Shown one piece after another: positions 1-11,583 of a DNA stretch of 31,065 bases (positions within the stretch are counted from its first letter, which is position 1; every line of letters starts with the position of its first letter). The DNA is taken from assembly GCF_006345805.1 (NCBI RefSeq), contig NW_021832453.1:1-31065 (forward strand). Direction: 5' to 3'. The stretch comes from Octopus sinensis. Its lineage: Eukaryota. Under the pieces are notes generated by a model, which saw only the letters and a list, made by a program, of their open reading frames with translations, was not told where the DNA came from and did no database searches. Made by a program: the position numbers and the translations under genes.

Positions 1-382
1 ATGTATGTGTGTATATATATTTATGGTGTATATGTATGGACTAGTCTTCTAAGCGTGTAGACATGAATCTGTAGGTACGCGTACGTATGTGTATAAATGT
101 GAATGTATGTAGATGTATGTATGTATGAATATAACGCGTGCGTGCGTGTATGTGTATGAGTGTACGAACGAGTGAGTGTGCATGCTAATGAGTGTGCGTG
201 CGTGAGTGAGTGCTTGTGTTCAAGTAGAAAGATAAATGGACTTGCTGTCGTAGCCAAGATGCCTGTGACCCGCGGTCAAAGATAACAAAAGTAATAAATG
301 ATGATAATAATAAAATTAAAATTAGGGAATGGGTTTGTATTTGTATGTATATGTGTGTATGTGTAGGTATGTATAGGTACAC

Positions 383-452
<70 letters not shown>

Positions 453-599
453 GTATATATATATATGTGTGTGTGTGTGTATGTATGTGTGTGTATGTAT
501 GTGTGTGTATGTATGTGTGTATGTATATATTTTTGTGTGTATATGTATGTGTGGTCGTGTGTGTATATATACATGTGTGTGTGTATATATATGTGCATA

Positions 600-646
<47 letters not shown>

Positions 647-752
647 GTGTGTGTATATGTATATGTATATATATGTGTGTGTGTGTGTATGTATGTGTGT
701 ATGTATATGTGTGTGTGTGTGTGTATATATATACATATGTGTATATGTATAA
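1..752. repeat. Compound (TA)n/(TG)n/(CGTG)n microsatellite block
   Basis: Direct dinucleotide runs, with a short unique interruption at ~215-335. The YIYI/VCVC ORFs here are translation artefacts. Confidence 0.97.
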
Positions 753-1585
753 GTGAGAATCTCCTTATTTACCTAAAACTCTATTCTTCTATATATTTTT
801 TTATTCTTTTATTTATTCTTTTATCTAATTTACCACTGACTCCTTGACCCCTCCCCAAAGTATGATATTTTTGCGCTATGCCTACCCCCAAAAAGTCCCC
901 CACCACCACCCCTTTAAACCTGCCTAAATGTATAAATGCCAATACAATTCTTGTTAACTAGTTTCCTGATGATTTCTCTTGAATGAAACAGTTCTAGTCC
1001 TGTAGAAGCTCCTTCTATATAATAAATATATATATATATATATATATAATATACATATATATATATACATGTATATACATTCATATATATATATATATAT
1101 ACACGCACACAATGAAAATTAAAATATTGCAAAACAAATGTCTTACTTTCCAGTCAAATAAAACACCAGGTTAAGGTAGAAGTATAAATATAGATTAGTG
1201 GTACAACAAGGCACCAATGTTTACTGGAAATAGCAGTCAATAGATTTACGACCCTGTAGTAAAGCTTCACTGTGTCTATATACTGGGAAAGACGCGTGAA
1301 GGCTGGGAACATAAAGACTTCCATCTTACCTCTAGGAAGAACATTAGATAAATGAACAACCCAGAATCAGATAATCTAGTACCTAGGTTTCAGACCCTTT
1401 AAATACGTTTGTAAATTTGATTAGTCTTCTTCATTTAGATATACCTGGACAATACTTCAAATGTATATATATATATATATATATAATTACGTAATAATGA
1501 AGGGTGAAATTAATTAATTTGGAAAAATTATCAATTACACCAAGTAGTCTTCGCATGTAAAAGCCTCATTCGAGGAAAATTTAAG

Positions 1586-1729
1586 TAATACTAAGCAATA
1601 AGGGTTTAGCAACGAGTTGCCTTACCACATACGAATTTAGAAATAGAAATAGCTATAACCCTTTGACTGCTATTTCTAAATTCGGTATGTGGTAAGGCAA
1701 CTCGTTGCTAAACCCTTATTGCTTAGTAT

Positions 1730-1731
<2 letters not shown>
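1586..1731. mobile_element. Foldback/MITE-like element with ~61-bp terminal inverted repeats
   Basis: 1586-1646 (TAATACTAAGCAATAAGGG...TTTAGAAATAG) is the reverse complement of 1670-1731 apart from one indel. The spacer is 23 bp and the right end runs into (TA)n. Confidence 0.8.
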
Positions 1732-1797
<66 letters not shown>

Positions 1798-1821
1798 TAT
1801 ATGTATACATATATACTATTG

Positions 1822-1879
1822 TTTTATTGTTTTCTTTTACTCATTTCAGTCATGCAGCTGTGGTCATGCTGGAGCACCA
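1822..1879 (-). mobile_element. 3' fragment of the repeat family also seen at 13520-13698 and 27813-28005
   Basis: TTTTACTCATTTCAGTCA...GCTGGAGCACC matches 27826-27868. Confidence 0.65.
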
Positions 1880-2694
1880 CCATATATATATATATAGACA
1901 GATAGATAGACAGACAGACTGAGTTTCTTACTTAAAAGCAATTTCCAAAGTCTTCTCCTTTCTTCCGTGGGGTGGAGGGTGGAGGGTGTATCAGATTTCT
2001 TTTCACACAGTCTTCATGTCTGCCCAGGTCTTGAGGGGTGTGGCACATCCCTACGCACACACATTAGCATGCAGGTGGTTGCACACACGCATACATATAT
2101 ACACACACATACACATGAATAGAAATTGCAAGAGGTCAAAATAATAAGCAAAAAAAAAAAAGAGAAAAAGGAAAAAAAAACCGGTTGTTGTGCATTATTG
2201 AATGAAAGGATTAATACCTGCTGAACAGAAGAATCAGGTGAGTTTTATTTGAAAAGATGAGATTTAGGCCAGCTACAATGTCACCTGTGTTTATGTCTAA
2301 GTAAAAACATACGTAAGAGTGAGTGTGTGTGGGCAGATGTGCTTGGGTACACATTTACTTATACATAAATACAGATATATTTATGACCTTACCCGAAAAC
2401 AATTGTTTGAAATAAAACTCACCTGATGTTTCTCTATTCAAAAAGATTTAGTCATTTCAATCAATAAACCTATTTTTTAGCTTTATGAGTTTGTTTTCGC
2501 AAGATTATCCATGTTTCTGGCCCAGTCAACTGAAAACAGGTAGACACCCTACCACCACCTCAATGGCCAAGAATACCCTTATGGACAGATGGATCAGAGG
2601 CATAAGGACCCCTGAAAAAAATGTCACCTGATAGCTGCGAGTACCAAAGTTAATTTAAAGGGTCAAATGTTTTAAGTTCAATAAAAAAATATAT

Positions 2695-3612
2695 GGCTCC
2701 TTGTCAATGAATGCCATGTATGGAGACTATCTTTGACTAGGTATTTCTCCTGCAGCTGTCTTACCAGAAATATAGCATCAATAGTGCTTCTCCCTGGCAC
2801 AAACCCAAACTGCATCTCATCTAAACTAACTCACTCCCTATTTAGTTGGGCTATGTCCCTCTCCGTGGCTTTCATCACCTGGTCCAACAATTTCATACCT
2901 CTGTAATTAGTTTTGTCTAATGCATCACCTTTACCTTTGTAGCAATTGATTATGGTGCTGCAACACCAGTCATTGGGTATGACCCCTTTGCACATCACCT
3001 GCTTGACTATACATGTGACTAGACTACAGCCTACACCACCAGATATTTTAAGCATCACACCAGTGATTCCTAATGAGGCAGGAGCTTTCCCTGCTTCCAT
3101 ACCCTTAATTGCTTTATCTACCAAGGTACTGTCAATTTGAATAGCTGATCCCTCTGTTAGGTCAACATTTGGCACACTTTTTTCCATTCAGGAACCATTT
3201 ATAGTGGCATCTCCAAGTCTCTCTCTTTGCAGCATCATTAAATGCAAGTGACCCATCATCCATGCAGACACATTTCTCTCTTTTGACATCACAATTCTCT
3301 CTCACACACTGTCTTGCAATATGAAACACTTTGAGTCTCTGGTCCACACAAGAAAGAACATTGGCATCTTACCTGCTTCCCTTCTGGCTAAGTAAACCTG
3401 TCTCCTAGCTTCCCTTCTGGCGATCTGATACAGTTCCCTGCTTCCACCACACTTCCAGTCCTTCCATGCCTGTTTCTTTTTCCTAATGACCATGTCAACT
3501 ACATTGTTCCACCACCATGCCACCTTAGGTCAAGTGGGCCTTTGCATCAGCCACAGATCTGGTCAGTAGCCCGCAACAGGTTGTCCCATAGGAACCTTCA
3601 ATTGTCCTCCAG
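2695..3612 (-). mobile_element. Degraded non-LTR retrotransposon (RTE-like LINE) ORF2 fragment: post-endonuclease linker and start of RT
   Basis: Minus-strand translations give WWWNNVVDMVIRKKKQAWKDWK, KAIKGMEAGKAP, KGKGDALDKTNYRGMKLL and LDEMQFGFVPGRSTIDAIFLVRQLQEK, which are characteristic LINE ORF2/RT motifs. Contains stops and frameshifts and is truncated at both ends. Confidence 0.9.
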
Positions 3613-4704
3613 AAGTGGTGTCACACTTCTCCTGTCTCTTTTATGCAGTTGTGTATCCCTCATCTGTAGAAGTTGGTAGGCTGCATCTAGAGTCAAGGCT
3701 TTACTTCAGAAATAAGTTTGTCATCTGAAAATTTCTTCCCTTTCAAAAAAGATTTCATGGTTGGAAAGAGGTGGAAGTCAGATGGTGCGAGGTCAGGAGA
3801 GTAAGGATTTCATAGCCACAGGAGTGTGCTTCCATCTGGGCAACACGTGTTTTGTGAACTGAGTTGTTGTCTTTGAGGAAGCAGACTCCTTTGGTCAGCC
3901 CTTTGCCAGAAAATCCATCATCACTAATCTGTGCTGGTCCAAAAAGATTGAGCATCACCTTGCCTGGTCAGGGCTGGACGCGACCCTTCTTTGGAGGTGA
4001 TGAGTTATCATACTTCCATTGTTTTGACTGGACTTTAGTCTCAGGACCATAGTGATGGACCCACGCTTCATCCTGTGTGATAGGTCTGCTGAAAAAATCC
4101 TCCTCATTTTCTTGACACATTGCCAAAAGGGCCTTGGAACAATTGACCCATTCCTGCTTTTGAAAAGATGTGAGCATCTGGGGAATCCATTGTGCTGATA
4201 ACATGTACAAATGGTTGTAAATGAGTTTTTTCCCACAGATCCTAAGCTTATCTTCACTTTTTGGGTTAGTTGCCATAAAGTTCTGTGGTGATCCTCCAAA
4301 ATGGCAGCTTCCACTTTATGGATGGCATCATCATCAATGGCAGAATGTGGTTGTCCAACAGTTTCCACCAATGTCCAGCCCCATTTGAACAGGTGATGCC
4401 AGTGCTTGACTATGTTGTATGATGGTGCATCGTCACCATAAGTGCTTCTTTCATCTCATCAAAAGTCCCATTTGGTGTACGACCTTCCAAGTATAAGAAC
4501 CTGATCCCTGATCTGCATTCAACTGCCTCCATTATAACAGCTAAGTCCACTTCAGCAGCCGCAAAAGACAAACGAATCCGAGTGGAAAGCTGCAATTTAC
4601 AATGGGACATGGGGAGACAGGTATGACTATACCTGTACAAGTTCCGTTTCCTGCAATAACTGGAAGTGGGTGGGTGAGGGAACATCTTTAATGAACACCC
4701 CTCA
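3613..4704 (-). mobile_element. Decayed mariner (DD34D) DNA transposon with 5' TIR present and 3' end missing
   Basis: ATG at 4532 (MEAVECRSGIRFLYLEGRTP). Motifs: WIPQML (WVPHEL-like), TQDEAWVHHYGPETKVQSKQW, KDNNSVH and YSPDLAPSDFHLFP (~3805-3765). Minus-strand terminus TA|TGAGGGGTGTTCA at 4706-4692 resembles CGAGGGG-type mariner TIRs. Confidence 0.93.
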
Positions 4705-5339
4705 TATTTTTGTTAAGCCTTGTATTTATTCCAGCGATCCCTCCTTCTTTCTCACTCAATCATTATATGTCCTCCTCCCTCTCTCACTCTTTTCTCTCTC
4801 ATTCTGCTCTCTCTCTTTCATCTTCTATGTTTAATTTCAGAGGGAGATTTGGATGTTATTTCTAACAAGCCGAGTCACAATGCTAATATTTCAGTATAAT
4901 GTGTGATTTAAAGGGATTTGACTGCTATTTCTACAAGAGAAAATATCAATACAACTATATACACAGATATACAAAAAGCGACTCCCTGCCCTCAGAAAGA
5001 ATAGATTTTTTTTTCCTCATTTATGGAGAATGCTAGAAATTTTAAGGGGAGGGGTTTAATCAACATTTACTAAAAGTGATCTAGCTACCAGATAGAGATC
5101 CTGTATGACCTCATATATACATGCATTAGAAATTACACTGTAATTAGAGCTTTAATTGGCTGGTAATTCCAACGAGCCTTCCTACAATGCAGTTAATTTC
5201 TTCAGACATAACACAGCATGGTGTGTGATTTTAGGAGATTTGACTGCTATTTCTAAAAGCATATATGTATTAATATAACTATATATGATATATATTATTG
5301 TAGTTATAGTATGTGTGAGTGTGTGTGTGTGTGTGTTCA

Positions 5340-5545
5340 TAAGGCAGCGTGTTGGCAGAATCCCTCACACGGCAGAGGAAATGATTCACACCATTTCGTA
5401 GTTTCACATTGTGAGTTCAAATTCTGGTGAGGGTAGCTTTGCATCTAATCGTTCCAGGGTCATGAATTGAGCACAAATCAAGTAATAGGGTCAATGTAAT
5501 CGATTAGGTGCCCACAATAATTGCAGTCCTTGTGCTAAATGTAAA
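5340..5545 (+). mobile_element. tRNA-derived SINE (same family as the 14264-15533 array)
   Basis: TGGCAGAAT head, GAGTTCAAATT B-box-like motif, GGGGTCAATGTAATCGA body and ATTATT tail. A partial second copy lies at ~5646-5745. Confidence 0.75.
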
Positions 5546-6067
5546 ATGAGAATTATTACATAATTAATAGATGAATAGAAAGATAGAGAAGGAGAGAGTG
5601 ACAGAGAGAGAGAGAGAGATGTTACAGTATGTGTATGTGTATAAGCCGGTGAGGTGGAAGAATCGTTCACACACAGGGTCGATGGGGTCAATTAGCTGCC
5701 TCTACTAGAATTCCAGGCCTTGTGCCAACAGACAAAGAATAATCATATATGTGTATGGTAGAAAATGGTGCTCTCTGTGGGTGCCCTGGGACTGAATGTC
5801 TATACGGATGAGGGTTGCAAGGAAGGTATCTGATCCTAAAATGCTGTGAAGAAGAGCTGATAATAGATAGACAGACACACAGAGAGACAGGTCTGTGATT
5901 TAGGGAGACTTGGCTGCTATTTCTTGCTGCAGGTCTAGTGTCCATTAAGCATTGATACATGAGATATTTAAATATTTTTCTTTCTGCTTCTTTCTATATT
6001 TTGTCCATGTCGGAATTCTGATTGAAGCATCCCATATAATCACTCATAACAGTTTTGTTTTTTTCAG

Positions 6068-6189
6068 TTTCCAGGAAATTTTGTTTTAATATTTTGAAAT
6101 TAAAAAAATGGACAGTCTGGACTTTGTGCTTAAATCCCATCAAAAGACCATTAAAGGAATTTATTGAAAGATAATGAAAACATCAATAC
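6068..6189 (+). CDS. Candidate first coding exon of the beta-propeller gene (MDSLDFVLKSHQKTIKGI[L]LKDNENIN)
   Basis: Polypyrimidine TTTTCAG acceptor at 6067, AAAATGG start at 6108 and AC|GTAAGA donor at 6190. It needs one T restored in a T-run at ~6161 to stay open. Confidence 0.35.
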
Positions 6190-6764
6190 GTAAGAGTGAG
6201 AAAGAAACAAGGAGGGTATCAAGTGGTCATGCGATATGTTAAAAATAACAGCTAAATAGCCCTTAAAAAGAACAAAAACTATCTTTTCTTTTCACTTTTG
6301 CATAACTGTATCAATTCCTGTGTTTAGAACAAATTTACAAAACTCTTCTAAAAATTCACAAAAAGGAAAAAGTTATGAGGGGTTGTTTGGGGTGATTACA
6401 TCAAAATTGCCCCTTCTCTTTCTCTGTCTTCATATACATGTTTGCTAAAGTCTTGCTGTTGTTTCTAGCATATGAAGTGCTGCAGTTAAATGGACCTGTT
6501 GTTCATTTGTTGAAAGACAGCCATAGAATTTATAAACTGCAGTTAATTTCAGTAGGTTGGAGGGGCATTTGGCTGCTATTTCTAACAGCTCTAGCCCTCA
6601 TGTACAATTCAACTGTCACTGGTCACATACATAAATATGTATGAAGTTATGTTAAGACACAATGGTGTTGTTAGAAGGGGATTTGGCTGCTATTTCTAAC
6701 AGCTCTAACATTCTTTAACCTTTTATACATCATGAATTTAATTTTCTTTCTTTGGTCTTGATGG

Positions 6765-6845
6765 TTGTGGTGGTGGTGGTGGTGGTGGTGGTGGTGGTGG
6801 TGGTGGTGTGTGTGTGTGATATTGTTGGTGTTGTTGTTGTTGTCA
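6765..6845. repeat. (GTG)n/(GT)n/(GTT)n microsatellite
   Basis: Direct repeat runs; source of the poly-Val ORF. Confidence 0.9.
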
Positions 6846-7272
6846 TGTCATTTCCCCCAAGCTTGTTGATCAAGTCAGTGAATGCCAGCTACAAATTTAT
6901 TGTTCCACATGTGATTTGGGTGAGGTTTACCTACTTTCTCTAATAGTCCATGCTAGTGGTGGTGGTCATGGTGCCTGTCGGAGGGAGAGGATCGTATTAT
7001 TGTGGTTATAGCAGTTTAGCCCCAACTCAACCCTGATCCATCAAATCTAGAAGCCAAGACATTCCAGCCATGACATACTATTTAGACTAACAATACACAG
7101 CATCTCGCCAGACAGTGAAAAACATCAAATACCAGTAATACGTTGTTACCATTCTGCTCACGTAATTATTAGATTTTGGGGCACTGCGTTACACTCTCTC
7201 ACTAATTAATTAGCTTGCATTATGTGCATAAATGTATATATACATACAAACAATCATATATAGGTAATATAT

Positions 7273-7307
<35 letters not shown>

Positions 7308-8202
7308 CAAAATAAGAAAATGGAGAAATACATCCAAATCAAATATCAATTTCCAGATAATACCCAATCACATACTTTATTAAACCACCACATAAGAAAC
7401 TTTAAGGTCAAACATAATAATATAGAACAAAACAGTGTACATAAAGGAGTAATGTGATACAATAAGTACAATATGTATAAGAGAATATAAATATAAGTAA
7501 ATAGCAGTATATTGGATATATGTTATCCCATGGAGGGTTGCATTTACAACCCCTATCTCAATTTGTATATATATATATATACACATATATATATGTACAT
7601 ATATACATATATATATTTATGTAAATAATATAGAATAAACTTGTCCATTCTCGAGCTTTTAACTAAAACATGTGTCCTTGTTCCTACACCTGTCTTTTGT
7701 TTCCTGTAAATTTGAACCATATACCTGTTTGTGTGATTGGATGCGTGGACAGACGGACGGACGCAGAGACAGACAGTTGGACAGTCTCTCTACAGAAAGA
7801 GAGCGTTACTTTTCACTCCCCTCCTCTCTTCTTAAATAGGATCATATTCGGAATAGGCAGAGTGAATGCACAAAGAAGTAGGAGCATCTGTATAATGAAG
7901 GGGTTCAGAAGACTGTACAGGGTGTGTGGATAGAGAGAAGAGAGAGGGGTGATCCCTAAGAGGGTGAGAGATACAGGAGTGTCTAAGGGGACAATGGTAC
8001 GTCTGTGAGGGCATTGAGAGTGAATGTGTGTGAGGAGGCATATGAGGGAGAGTGGAGGGGCATGAAGTAGGAGGAAAGGAAAGTGTTGAGATAGGGTGGA
8101 GGACCAGATTGTATTGGGGGAAGGCATGGGTGTAAAGGGTGTGACTGTATGTATGTGTGTGTATGTATATATATATATATATATATATAATACATATACA
8201 TC

Positions 8203-8233
<31 letters not shown>

Positions 8234-8249
8234 TATATACCCAACCACA

Positions 8250-8560
8250 AATCATCATCATTGTTTAGCGTCCATTTTCCATGCTAGCATGGGTTGGACA
8301 GTTCAACTGGGGTCTGGGAAGCCAGAAGGCTTCACCAGGCCCCAGTCTGATCTGGCAGCGTTTCTACAGCTAGATGCCCTTCCTAATGCCAACCACTCCG
8401 TGAGTGTAGTGGGTGCTTCTTACGTGCCACCGGCACAGGAGGCTGGCAAACGGCCAGAATTGGTTGGTGCTTTTACGTGTCACCGACACAAACGCCAGTC
8501 AGGCCACGCTGGCATCTCCCACATTCGGACGGTACTTTTAACATGTCACCGGCACAGGTA
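8250..8560 (-). mobile_element. SINE-like interspersed repeat ending in CATGCTAGCATGGAAA...ATGATGATG
   Basis: Shares a ~150 bp core (GATGCCCTTCCTAATGCCAACCACTCC; TGGGAAGCCAGAAGG) with 16745-17102 and 16138-16265. Confidence 0.8.
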
Positions 8561-8719
8561 TCTTAACAACAATTTCCATTTGGGCAAATCAATTTATTTG
8601 CACAGTAATAGAGAAACTCGTGTTCCCTTTGAAATTACTCTTGTGGTTTGGGCTTTAACTGCCCTCTCTAGCACATAAGGTGTCCTGTGTATAAATATGT
8701 GCACTATTATATATATATT

Positions 8720-8899
8720 GGCTTCAAATTTTGGCACAAGGCCAGCAGATTCGTGGAATGCTCCAGTTTTGATTGCATCAGTCCCAGTGGCCATCGTCCC
8801 TGAATGCGAATCTCCATGGAATTAGAACTCAGAACATAAAGTCAGATGAAAACACTGCTAAGCATTTTCCTTGGGGTACTAACGATTCTGCCAGCTCAG
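8720..8899 (-). mobile_element. tRNA-derived SINE copy
   Basis: The reverse complement begins GCTGAGCTGGCAGAATCGTTAG and contains CTGAGTTCTAATTCC, like 14270-14345. Confidence 0.75.
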
Positions 8900-9844
8900 C
8901 AGATATACATACATATATATACACATATATATGTTTATATATACACGTATATATATATATTTATATATATATATATATATATATACATATATCTATATAT
9001 ATATATATACATATATTTATATATATACTTACCTTTGTATATATACTTACTACATATGTCTATACATATACTTAATATGAACATACACACATATATACAG
9101 CTACAGATGCATGCACATACTCACCCCTGCATACATACATACATAGATATGCTTACTGACCTACATACATACAGACACACATTCATACATTTATATACAC
9201 ACACATATATACATTGATGAGAGGGATTATATATACATTGGTTTTTCTTAGGTTTTGTTTTCTGAAACAAAGAATGTCTGTTGAAATAGAATATTTTTCA
9301 GTAGAAAACTGAGACATTTTACAAGAAAAAATTGTGAGGAATAATTTGATATTATATACAGTAACATACGGAGATATATACACACACACATACATAGATA
9401 TATGTATATGGACAGTGTGTGTGTGGTGTATTTAAGGATATTTAATTATCAGTATATCACTCTCTCCAAACCAATTAAAGGGCTCCTTTCTGATCCCTTA
9501 TGGCAGATAAAATGCTAACACAAGAAATGAAAAGAGATGCAGCCATTGTTTGGAACTTAGAGATTTAGAAAATATCAAACTTTAAAGATCTTTAGTACAC
9601 AAAGCTCAGATCAAAATAGGAGAATTCTCGTGATGTAACAGCCATACAGAGCTCTCGGTCATTGGCTCAATACACACATATATACATTCCTATAACAATA
9701 GAATCTGACTAGAAGGAGATTTGGCTGTTATTTCTATCAGGGTTAGCTACTCTAAAGCATTCTCCTTCCTTGCTTCGTTCAATGTCCGACACATTAACGA
9801 TGAAGTCATTCACTGCACAAATAACAGTCCTTTCTTCTAAATGC

Positions 9845-10026
9845 ACAAGGCCTGACATTTTGTAGGGAAGCGGACGGTTGACTACATCGGCCTCAGTACT
9901 CAAATGATACTTGTTTTATTGACCCTGGGGAGATGAAACCAAAGTCGGCCTCGGTGGAATTTGAACTTGGAACGTAGTGACAAGTGAAATACCACTAAGC
10001 ATTTTGCCCAGCATGCTAACGATTCT
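9845..10026 (-). mobile_element. tRNA-derived SINE copy
   Basis: The reverse complement reads AGAATCGTTAGCATGCTGGGCAAAATGCTTAG...GTTCAAATTCCACCGAGG...GGCCTTGTG. Confidence 0.78.
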
Positions 10027-10804
10027 TATTAATTATAATAATAATAACTATAATGGGCTTATTGTATACGATGTTAGGGTCACTACAACTCATTGGAAAA
10101 GGTATGCCTGTATGTGTGTGTGTATATGGGTGTGTTTGTAGGTACATGTTTATATGTATATATATGTATGTGTGTGTGTGTGTGTGTAGCTATATATGTA
10201 TGTATACAAATTTAAATGTTGAGGATGGGATTTTTCCATATAAAGAAAGAAGGCAAAATAAGTGAATATGATTGGTTCAGAAACATGAAACACTTGAATG
10301 GAAATGCATGGAGAGGTGGTGGTGGTGGTGGCCATGTTGGAGAGGATGTAAAGAGAGAAAGAAAGAATATAGAATTGGATGGGAGGTGGGGAGAGGGTGT
10401 CATTCATACAGTCTGTGGTAATCTGAGATAGGCGTGTCGATGCAATCTGGCTAACATATACTACAACACACCAACATATACACACACATACCTATACACT
10501 ACAACAGACACATACTTTTAAACCAAGATACATACCCATGACAAGGTAACACCCACCAGGTATCTAGAAACTTCTTCCTGGTAGATTATAAATATAGCTT
10601 TAAGTGCAGTATACTAGCCAAACTACTGCGACTTTTGCATGATATTTCTGAGAGAGACAGTCTTCAGGCTAGAATAAACACCTCAACACAAGTAATCCAG
10701 GTAATTATTTTATTTAATACGCAATTTACCAATACACTTCGTTAAAGCTTCATTAGAACTATTTGAAGCATAAACTTTTATATTGGAATTTGTTTTATTT
10801 TCAG

Positions 10805-10974
10805 GCAGTATTTTTAGACAAGAAAATTTTCAGAGATTTTACACTGTTACATTACAAATAAAAATTTTCATTTCCAGAATATAAAATAAAGTATAGTTTG
10901 GTTATGACTATGTCAAAACTATTTAATGGAAATTAGAGGAATGGATATGTTCATCTAAGGATACACAATTTTAG
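10805..10974 (+). CDS. Candidate internal exon, frameshifted
   Basis: TTTTATTTTCAG acceptor and AG|GTAGTT donor. Overlapping open segments SIFRQENFQRFYTV / FPEYKIKYS / GYDYVKTI / LMEIRGMDMF are joined only if single bases are restored. Confidence 0.25.
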
Positions 10975-11246
10975 GTAGTTTACAGTGGATTTCTAATTCT
11001 CAAGTGCAATTTAAAATTTGTAAATTAATTTTATGGCTGTTAAATTATTAGTTTTTTGTAAACTTAATCTTTTGAAAGCTTAGCAAGGGAGAAGGGCCCT
11101 GCCGATGGTCCTTTATATTTCCAGGGTCTTCAAATGTGGTGAATGCATACAACAGAGAAATCCTCTCCTAAAAAGCATCTCAAGGGCCAGGTGATGGTGT
11201 TGAAAAAGGTGATAGATTAAGTCTGCAACCCAGGGAGGCAACAAAA

Positions 11247-11433
11247 GGATTTGAACTCAGATCACAAAGAACCACATTAAATACTACAAGGCATCTTGTC
11301 AAATATATAAATCCATCAGACCACCACCTCAGACTGGCATTTTAATTATCGACCCTTGCATAATAAAAAATCAAAATTAATCTCGGCAGGATTTGAACTC
11401 AGCAGACAAAGAGTTTGTATAAATACCACAAGG
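11247..11433 (-). mobile_element. Two truncated SINE fragments
   Basis: Two GGATTTGAACTCAG motifs, the reverse complement of the family's CTGAGTTCAAAT. Confidence 0.55.
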
Positions 11434-11583
11434 TAGTGTGTGTGTGTAGCTATATATGTATACAAATTTCAATATTGAGGATCGGATTTTTCCATAAAAA
11501 GAAAGAAAGCAAAATAAGTAAAAAACAAATTTATAGCCTGATTAAGTTTGTGTCTAAGTCCAACGTTCTAACGACTCTACTAA

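Noticed and set aside
846-913. C-tract cluster (possible minus-strand G-quadruplex)
   Set aside because: The loops are long and irregular with no functional context, and such tracts are common in this repeat-rich DNA.
914-1020. Minus-strand peptide IEGASTGLELFHSREIIRKLVNK as a retroelement C-terminus
   Set aside because: Too short and without a diagnostic motif to assign.
21-1132. Long YIYI/VCVC/HTHT ORFs here and at 7.8-9.2, 15.5-16.0, 16.7-17.5 and 27.3-28.3 kb
   Set aside because: They are translations of dinucleotide microsatellites and SINE bodies, which lack stops by composition.
2190-2243. Perfect CAG|GTGAGT donor at 2238 as a 5'UTR exon end
   Set aside because: There is no supporting acceptor, TSS or coding evidence, and a single consensus donor is expected by chance in 31 kb.
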